From the NCBI GenBank assembly GCA_965242725.1, contig CBDESZ010000004.1:256001-320000 (forward strand): a DNA stretch of 64,000 nucleotides, in the 5' to 3' direction. Each line of letters starts with the position of its first letter. Position 1 is the first letter of the stretch. Source of the DNA: Alkalispirochaeta sp. (GTDB lineage Bacteria; Spirochaetota; Spirochaetia; DSM-27196; Alkalispirochaetaceae). Below, piece after piece: positions 56,625-64,000 of this stretch. The notes beneath the pieces were generated by a model. That model searched no databases. It saw only the letters and a list, made by a program, of their open reading frames with translations, and was not told where the DNA came from. The translations under genes were made by a program, and so were the position numbers.

Positions 56625-58920
56625 GTGACCAGGATTCGGCATCTTTTTATTCTCATTCTCCTTTCCGCTTCGGCACAGCTTTCGGCCGATGAATCTGCGT
56701 TTCCCGTCGAAGAAAACGGCGCCGGAGCGCCGCCGGCACTCGGTCTGGCCCTCGCCGGAGGGGGCGCCCTTGGATTTGCCCACCTCGGGGTGATCCTCGA
56801 ACTGGAGGAGATCGGTCTTAATCCCCGGTATCTGGCCGGTACAAGCATCGGCAGTATCGTCGGCGCCCTCTATGCGGCGGGATATACCGGAGAGGAGATG
56901 CTTGAAATCGTACAGTCCGTTGAATGGGACAATCTCCTCTTTGATCAACCCCGGCGCTCGTCGCTGAATGTGGGAGCACGGGAAGCGACGCGGCGCTTTC
57001 GTGTCGGTGCCCGATTTGACGATTGGAAGCTCGTGACGCCGGCGGGAATTTCGGCGGGACAGCGGGCGACGGAATATCTGGACGCACTGCTGAGTCCCTT
57101 TGCGGGAATCGATGATTTTTTCCAGCTTCCCCGGCCGATCGGAATCGTGGCAACCGATCTCGTCTCGGGCGAAGAAGTTGTGTATACCGGAGGGGATCTC
57201 AAGAACGCAGTTCGCGCGAGCATAGCCGTTCCGGGCGTCTTTACGCCGTTGCACTACGACGGCAGGTATCTCATAGACGGCGGATGGACAAATAACCTTC
57301 CTGTGGATGTGGTTAAGGGTCTTGGCGCCGATGTGGTTATCGCAGTCGATCTTTTCAATTCAAAACGGCAGGTCGGGCAACTTCAGGATGTAGGGACGAT
57401 CGTTGAACAGGCGGGGATCATCCTCCGGCAGGAGCGCATAGAAGAGAATCTGGTCCTGGCCGATGTGGCGATCTCGCCGGACCTTACGGGATATACGACG
57501 ATCGACTTTGAAAAGGCCCTTGAAATGGTAGAGATCGGACGGCAGGCAGCGCGGGATCACCGGGACGAGTTGATCCTGCTCCGGAACCGTCTGGAGGCCG
57601 CCGGAGCGGTGCAATCCCTGGTCCCCCCGACCCGGGGGCTGGGTCACAGGCTGGCGGAGGAGGCGATGCGGGATGAACGTTTTTCAGTCGGAGCGGTCCA
57701 TTTATCGGTACCGCCCGACCGGGAGACACCACAATCTCTGATCGACGTGCGACGATCCCTGATGGGGCGGACATTCACCGCTGAGGAGTTGCGTACCGAG
57801 ATCTACCGCCTCTATGACTCCGGCGGATTTGAGTACGTTTCCTACGACCTGGAGGCAGGCTCATTTTCCACGCGGGACGACGCGTATCACGTTCTCACGA
57901 TATACGCCGTGCCTGAAAAACAATACCGGTCGGAAGTTCAGCTCGGTTTCGGAACACGAATACAGCTTGACGGAGCGTTGAATACCCGCTCGGTGCTCCA
58001 CGGAAATCACGTCGCCACCCTTGGCGACGGGCTGTTCCGATTGGACACCGATCTCTGGCTCACCGAGGTTGCCCAGTTTAGAACCGCATTGAGCGCCCGG
58101 GTCCTCGGTCCCCTTCGTCTTGGAATCGGAGGGTATGTGCTGGCGCCGCCGCTGATCTTCTACGACGGACGTACTGTGGAAGCGCTCTATCTCCAGCGCA
58201 GAAACGGACTGGAACTGTGGCTGGAATCGCCGGTATTGCGCCGCGCGACGCTGGGTGTTTCGGGATTTACCGAATGGTTCGGTCTCGACCGCGTACAGGG
58301 TCGGGAAACGGTCGATCAGGTGAGAACCCGTCGCGTCGGCGTAGGCGCGCGTTTTCATTTACGATACGCTGGACAGGGCGTTTTTTCCCGTCCAGGGAGG
58401 AGAGGCGTCATTCGGGTATCGGTGGCGGTATGACAATGACGACCGCTCAATTAACAGCAGATTCGATTTCTCCGGCCGGCGACACATCCCGATCACTGAT
58501 CGGTTCAACCTGCAGCTCCGCCTGGAAGGGGGCAGTGACTTCAACTCGCGTCTCCCCGCATACGAACAGCATTACACGGGGGGCGCAGAGCTCTTTGAGG
58601 GGTATTACTACCAGGAACTCTCGGGTAACCACATTCTGACCGTTGGCGCGGACGTGCGATTTGAATTGTTTCACCTTCCCCTTGGTGTGGGCGAATCGGT
58701 CTACCTCCGTGTCGGCGGTAATGTCGGTCGCATCTGGGACGAGTCTTTTGACGCCCTTATTTCCACATCCACCGTCGCGGGCGGCCGGATCGGAGTCGCC
58801 GTCGAAACCAGTCTGGGTGAACTCAACATAGGCTACTCTATGAACGACCAACTGCGTCCCCTCGTGTACGTCCTGCTTGGTCCCGCCTATACCTTCGGCG
58901 GCAACGGCTATCAGTGGTAG
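56625..58920 (+). CDS. Patatin-like phospholipase with POTRA-like and C-terminal beta-barrel region (PlpD-like; apparent frameshifts near 58350-58620)
   Basis: Signal peptide, LAGGGALGFAH, GTSIG, DGG; later DTLD..FFP and an amphipathic beta-strand C-terminus. Confidence 0.8.
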
Positions 58921-59043
58921 GTACCGGGACGCCGGGTGCCCATTTTTCATCTTTCACGCCATGGTTCAGCATTCATGACAGAGGCGCGTCCGTCATGCTA
59001 TCGTGGTGGCGCAACAAGCTTCTATATACAAGGGAGAATACCA

Positions 59044-60145
59044 ATGCTACAGGAACTGCATGCGCCGCTGACGCAATTGAAAAAAGAAGTCCATTCCACA
59101 TGGAGGTATCTTTGACCCCGATGAGGTCAGAACCAAGATAAAGGACAAGGAAGCGGCTACCGCGGATCCCGAGTTCTGGAACGACCGGGAAAAGGCGGAA
59201 GCGACGATGACGGAAATAAAACGCCTTCGTGACACCATCGAGCCGTGGGAAGAGCTCATCGCCGACCTCGAAGACGCGGAAGCGCTCCTCGAACTGGCGG
59301 AAGAGGCGGAAGACGCCTCCCAGGAGGCGGAAATATCCCGCATCATCACGGAGTCACGCAGAAAATTTGACAGCCTCCAATTGAAACAACTCCTCAGTGA
59401 TGAGGCCGACACGGCGGGAGTATATCTCACAATCCATTCCGGGGCGGGGGGCACGGAAGCGTGTGACTGGGTAAGCATGCTCTACCGAATGTACACCCGT
59501 TGGATCGACAATCATGACCTGAAGCGGGAAATGCTGGACATGCAGGAAGCCGAAGGGGGCATCAAGTCGGTGACGATCGAGGTGAACGGCCCGTATGCCT
59601 TCGGCTATCTCAAGGCTGAGGCGGGTATTCACCGTCTCGTGCGAATCAGTCCCTTCGACTCAAGCGGGCGTCGGCATACGAGCTTTGCTTCGGTGTACGT
59701 TTCTCCAATCGTCGATGAGGAGATTGAAGTTGACATCAAGCCCGAGGATCTTCGCGTCGACACCTATCGCGCGAGCGGCGCCGGCGGTCAGCACGTCAAT
59801 AAAACAGATTCCGCCGTGCGCATGACCCATATACCGACGGGTGTGGTCGTGCAGTGCCAGAATGAACGGAGCCAGCACAAAAACCGTGCGACCGCCATGA
59901 AAATGCTGAAATCCCGATTGTATGAAGTGTACCGCCAGGAGCGGGAAGCGGAACAGGAGGCCAAGGCAATCGAGAAAAAGGGTATCAGCTGGGGGAATCA
60001 GATCAGATCATATGTCTTCCAGCCATATACAATGGTGAAGGACCTGCGAACCTCCGTCGAAACGGGAAACATTCAGGCGGTGATGGATGGTGATTTGGAT
60101 CCCTTTATCGAGGCATTTCTCAAAAAGCAGGCCGGTCAGGAGTAA
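59044..60145 (+). CDS. prfB: Peptide chain release factor 2 with programmed +1 frameshift
   Basis: GGAGG-tat-CTT-TGA-C at 59102-59116 (codon 23); +1 frame continues into GAGGTEA, SPF, GGQ, WGNQIRSY. Confidence 0.97.
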
Positions 60146-61722
60146 CGCAATCGCGGCGACCCCGGGACGAATCGTTCGGATATTCTCCGTTGTCCCCGCC
60201 AGGGCAAGAGTCTCTTGGCCGGCTCTGGTCCTGGCCGTCCTCGCCGGGTTCGTACTGCTCCCGCTGCCGCTCAGGGCAGCGGGGACCGATGAAAGCCGTC
60301 TCCAACAGGAGCGATACGACCTCATCACGGAACTGGGCATTACCGACGACAGCTATCGCGTCGTCCCGGGGACGATCATCGCCCCCGAAATTGCCGACAA
60401 CCGTCGTACCGCCCTGGGGGGGTACCTGCGAATTGTCAGGGACATCATCGCAAACGTCCCGCTCCGGTACCTTGGCGACGATGAGCGGCAGGCCCTTGTA
60501 CGCCGACGAATCGCCGCAGAACGGACACGTCTCCAAAAGGCGATCGACGAACGGCACCTGTCGCTGGATACCCGGGTTATGGAGTCGGGGGGTGACGGGA
60601 CGGAAGGGGCGGCGCATGCACGATCGGGTGACGCCGAATTGAAGCGACTCACCCACCGGCTGGAAATTCTGAACTCCCTTACCGTCGACGCACTCTCGGT
60701 TCCACGGGAGGTTCGAATCGAGATTCCCGAAGACCAGACCTACCTCTTCCGCACGACCCTGAGTGATCCCTCCCGTCTCGGTGAGGAGGCGGATGCGGAT
60801 CTATACGTCTATATCACGGTGGATCCCCTCGACGACCTCTATATCCTCGAGGTGCACATGTACCATCTCGTGCTGGACCGCGATGACGTCATTCTCCGTG
60901 TCGTCGCGCTCCCGGAGGAAATTCCTCTGCGGCTGGAGGAATACGGTCGACGGATTGTACACGCCGTCGCGGCGGCGGAGGTCGCCGATGTGACGGTGGA
61001 AGCGGTGGACGGCGAGGGTGTACAGCTGGACCATGCACGGATATATCTCGACGACCGGCTCATGGGCGTCGGACGCGTTCGTGACGGCTATGTTCGCGCC
61101 GGCACATTTCAGGTACGGGCGGTCACTCCCGACGGCAGGGAGGCAGCGAGGATTCTCACCGTCACTCCGGGAGAGGAGTTGACGCTCCCCCTCGTTATCA
61201 CCGCCCAACCGAAGGATTTCGTCACCATTTCGACAGTACCCCCCTGCCGCGTCGGTCTATCGTGGTGTTGAATGGCTGGGGTACACCCCCGTGCGCATAC
61301 CGCGACCCGACGAACTGACGAGCTATTCAATCGTCAAAGAGAATTACTACGATTCACGTCTTGAATTGAGCTCCACATCGCCACAGAACGTAGAGACCGT
61401 CCTCGTGTCCCGTGGATACGACTGGGAAGAAGAGACGCGGCTGTCGCGGGAGAGGTTCTACCGTTCCTTCGGACTGTTTTCACTCTCCGTGGGTGTGCCG
61501 ATCATTCTGTACGGCGCGTATCAGGATTACACAGGGCTCTTTCCTTCCGGATCGGTGCGTCCCGACCTTTCCGATGAGGAGCGGCAGCGCGTCGTCCGGG
61601 AGGGTTCGGCCCTCTTTTACGGGTACTACGGAGGGATCGCCTTGAGTGCCGGCTTCTTTGGGAATATGATATGGCGCCTGGTGGACTACATACGGACCGC
61701 CCAGGGATACCATACGCGGTGA
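60087..61722 (+). CDS. Exported protein with PEGA-like domains (start uncertain; apparent frameshift near 61245)
   Basis: Signal-like hydrophobic stretch, ARIYLDDRLMG, ISTVP...W.GYTP, C-terminal TM helices. Confidence 0.6.
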
Positions 61723-61728
61723 GGATGA

Positions 61729-62596
61729 ATGGCAAAAAAGACGCTTGGACAACGGTTGCGCTCCCTCTTTTCCGGAGGGACGCAGAACGCCGAATTTTTT
61801 GAAGAACTGGAAGATCTGTTGATCGAATCCGACCTCGGTGCGCAATTCACCATGGAAATATCCGACCGGCTGCAGTCATCCGGTACCTACAAGACGAGAG
61901 AGGAGACGATCGCCGCCCTTCGGGAAATGATTCTTTCCGAAATTTCCGCCGCCGATATCGACTCGACAGGAATAAACTGAATGTCCTTCTCGTCCTTGGG
62001 GTGAACGGCGTCGGAAAGACGACGAACCTCGCAAAACTCGCGCATCGCTACAAGAACGAGTGGGCCGGAGAGGGAGTCGTCCTCGCCGCCGGTGATACCT
62101 TCCGCGCCGCCGCGGTGGAGCAGATCGCAACCCATGCCGACCGATTGGGTCTCCGTCTCGTGCGGCAGGCGACGGGTTCCGACGCCGGTGCGGTTATATA
62201 TGACGCCGTATCAAGTGCACGCTCCCGGGGTGACCGCCTCGTGCTGGCCGATACGGCCGGACGTATGCACAATCGGGCCAACCTGATACGGGAACTGGAA
62301 AAGATCAACGGTATCGTCAAAAGACAGGCGGGGGAGGACGTCATCTACCGCAAGGTCCTCGTCATCGATGCGACGACGGGCAGAATGCCCTCCGTCAGGC
62401 GGAGCTCTTTCATGAGGCGGTGGGGGTGGATGCGGTACTCCTGGCAAAATATGATTCAAGCGCCCGGGGCGGGATACTCATACCCCTCGCCCGGCAGCAG
62501 CACCTCTCCTGCGCGTGGATCGGAACCGGCGAGGGATACGACGATCTCACGACTTTTCATCCCCGGGAATACGTAGACTCCCTCCTGTCGCCGTGA
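61729..62596 (+). CDS. ftsY: Signal recognition particle receptor FtsY (apparent frameshifts near 61965 and 62380)
   Basis: FFEELEDLLIESDLG, GVNGVGKTT.LAKLA, GDTFRAAA.EQ, DTAGRMHN, VIDATTG. Confidence 0.92.
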
Positions 62597-63621
62597 GTGT
62601 GGGGATAACGGTGCGGGGGGTGATTCCGGCACTGCTTGCACTGTGCGTCGTGACGGCGACGGACGCGCAGGAACACGCCGCACCCCCCGGTCCGTCACCT
62701 CAGGCTCAGTGGTTTATCACTGACAGCGATCTCATTGCCCGGGAGCCCCTTGAAGGAGTGCCTGACGGGTTCCCGGAAGGAAATGAGGAAGCCCCACCGG
62801 GGGCGGCAGAGTGGGTTGCAGCAGTCGATACCGTCCGGCGTCCCGGTGGGCGCCGGGACGAGCGGATGCACCTCTACCGCGACGGCGTACTTGTGGCGGT
62901 GGAAGATGCACGTTTTTCCGCCGCCGGACTGCCTCTCTATCGGGGGCGCCGTGAACCGGACGGGACGACGGAATTTGAGGAACATTTTCGCTACCGAAGC
63001 GACGGGTCGCTCCGGGAGGTGCGGCGATGTGACGCACCGGGTCAGTGCATCACCATCCGGTACGGGCTGCCGTCGACGGCGTGGGACGAACGTCTCTGGC
63101 TGGCCGATGAAAACTGGGTGTACCGCTATGATGGTGCGGGGAGGCCGGAGTATATTCGTCGCGATAAAGACGGCGTCCCCCTCCGGGAGGAATGGTACGC
63201 CTATCCCGCCCCCGCCGTGGTGGAACGGAGGGTGCGCGAGGGAGATACCGTTACGGATCGCATCCTTCGAAACGGACGAGTCGTTGAGGAGACAGAGCGA
63301 CGGAGCGGAAGAGTTGTACGGACGGTGCAGCGGGAGTTCGATCAGAACGGAAGGGTGACGGTGGAACGGGTGGTTGAAAATGGACGGGTACAGATAAGTC
63401 GCTGGGAGTACGAGGATCCGTCGGAAGATCGGGGGTATCGCCTTTACCGTACGGTAGACGGAGTGCCCGTCCTGGAAGAGCTCCGGAACAACGAGGGGAC
63501 GGGTACGACCGTCAGGTACCGAAACGGAATCGTCGTGGTGAGGGAGATCTATCGGGACGATGAACTCGTCCAGCGGGAAACCTTCGCAGACGGTGAAGTG
63601 ATACGGACGGAAACGTGGTAG
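62593..63621 (+). CDS. Hypothetical exported beta-rich repeat protein between ftsY and lolC/E
   Basis: Signal-like IPALLALCVVTATDA, then repeated E.Y..dG.. hairpin-like motifs. Start approximate. Confidence 0.6.
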   Translation: MSVGITVRGVIPALLALCVVTATDAQEHAAPPGPSPQAQWFITDSDLIAREPLEGVPDGFPEGNEEAPPGAAEWVAAVDTVRRPGGRRDERMHLYRDGVLVAVEDARFSAAGLPLYRGRREPDGTTEFEEHFRYRSDGSLREVRRCDAPGQCITIRYGLPSTAWDERLWLADENWVYRYDGAGRPEYIRRDKDGVPLREEWYAYPAPAVVERRVREGDTVTDRILRNGRVVEETERRSGRVVRTVQREFDQNGRVTVERVVENGRVQISRWEYEDPSEDRGYRLYRTVDGVPVLEELRNNEGTGTTVRYRNGIVVVREIYRDDELVQRETFADGEVIRTETW

Positions 63622-64000
63622 GAGACTGGGTCCTTTTTGTCGCGCGACGCATGCTCCGTTCGGGCCGAACCCGTAAAGGAGGCGCGGCCCTCCTTGCGAT
63701 TCTCGGCATTGCCGCCGGTACGGCTACACTCATCGTCGTGATATCGGTGATGAACGGGTTCCAGGCTACCACCATCAATAACATTCTTGAATTGAACTCC
63801 TTTCACATCAGAGTCGAGACCGCCCTTGAAGTGGAGGCCTACGTCTCGGACGGGGAGAAGTGGAACATCGACGATCGGATCGACGGCAGACGTTCGTCGG
63901 AGATACGCGCCGTCGTGCCCCATGTGGAAATCCAGACGATCGCCCGGGGATTCTGGCCGGAACCGCAGGGGATCATTCTGCGGGCCGTGCCGTCCGACTG
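63615..64000 (+). CDS. Lipoprotein-releasing ABC transporter permease LolC/E (N-terminal part; runs off window end)
   Basis: Manual translation ...LFVARRML...LAILGIAAGTATLIVVISVMNGFQ, the LolC/E N-terminal signature. Confidence 0.85.
   Translation, partial: MVGDWVLFVARRMLRSGRTRKGGAALLAILGIAAGTATLIVVISVMNGFQATTINNILELNSFHIRVETALEVEAYVSDGEKWNIDDRIDGRRSSEIRAVVPHVEIQTIARGFWPEPQGIILRAVPSD

Noticed and set aside
318..57254. Long antisense or alternative-frame ORFs (e.g. 318-1217 +, 1618-2715 -, 5675-6961 -, 21753-22955 +, 23610-25049 +, 34047-35531 -) and the long 5' extensions of 55668-57254 and 55998-58433
   Set aside because: Shadow ORFs typical of high-GC coding DNA; they overlap well-supported genes and show no recognisable motifs.
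58340..62520. Frameshifts in patatin, PEGA-like gene and ftsY as recoding or phase variation
   Set aside because: Same error signature; ftsY is normally essential and no recoding signals are visible (unlike prfB).
62593..63621. Additional Rhs/YD toxin gene (YRYDGAGRP)
   Set aside because: Only isolated YD-like words, no Rhs core or DPxG motif, and it lies within the housekeeping ftsY-lolC/E operon.
1..64000. tRNA, rRNA, integrase or transposase genes
   Set aside because: None recognised by eye; a covariance-model scan would be needed to exclude small RNAs.

Overview
GC-rich (about 60%) bacterial chromosomal window. Gene content and order suggest a free-living spirochaete (Spirochaeta/Alkalispirochaeta-like; inferred from hflKC, FemAB, fabV and prfB-hyp-ftsY-hyp-lolC/E). 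Both flanks are housekeeping: hflKC, PPIase, two sigma54-linked Hsp20s, metG, murD, rqcH/NFACT, folC, hisD, feoAB, fabV and a DEAD-box helicase on the left; corA, rpsD, psuKG, prfB, ftsY and lolC/E on the right. Many genes at about 10.9-20.8 kb and 58-62.5 kb are split by single-base indels, mostly in homopolymers, which look like long-read consensus errors. The centre (about 30.5-44.8 kb, possibly to 49.3 kb) is an accessory island with no integrase or transposase, bracketed by two Uma2 nucleases. Its core is the best candidate for an undescribed system: a lone minimal secretin gene translationally coupled (ATGA overlap) to a ~1,980-aa Rhs/YD polymorphic toxin. The toxin has a Sec-type signal peptide, no PAAR/VgrG, and a ~150-aa coiled coil inserted into its DUF6531-like domain. 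It is followed by hydrophobic toxin tips, small 2-TM immunity-like genes and orphan rhs modules. A fixed-spacing ~61-bp repeat with a GAAC-N4-GTTC core occurs four times: before each orphan rhs fragment, and in inverted orientation at both ends of the accessory region. An extreme local C-skew runs up to the left copy. Many genes have a -10 box 6-8 nt before the start codon and no Shine-Dalgarno, suggesting frequent leaderless mRNAs. All calls are by-eye motif recognition; no searches were run.
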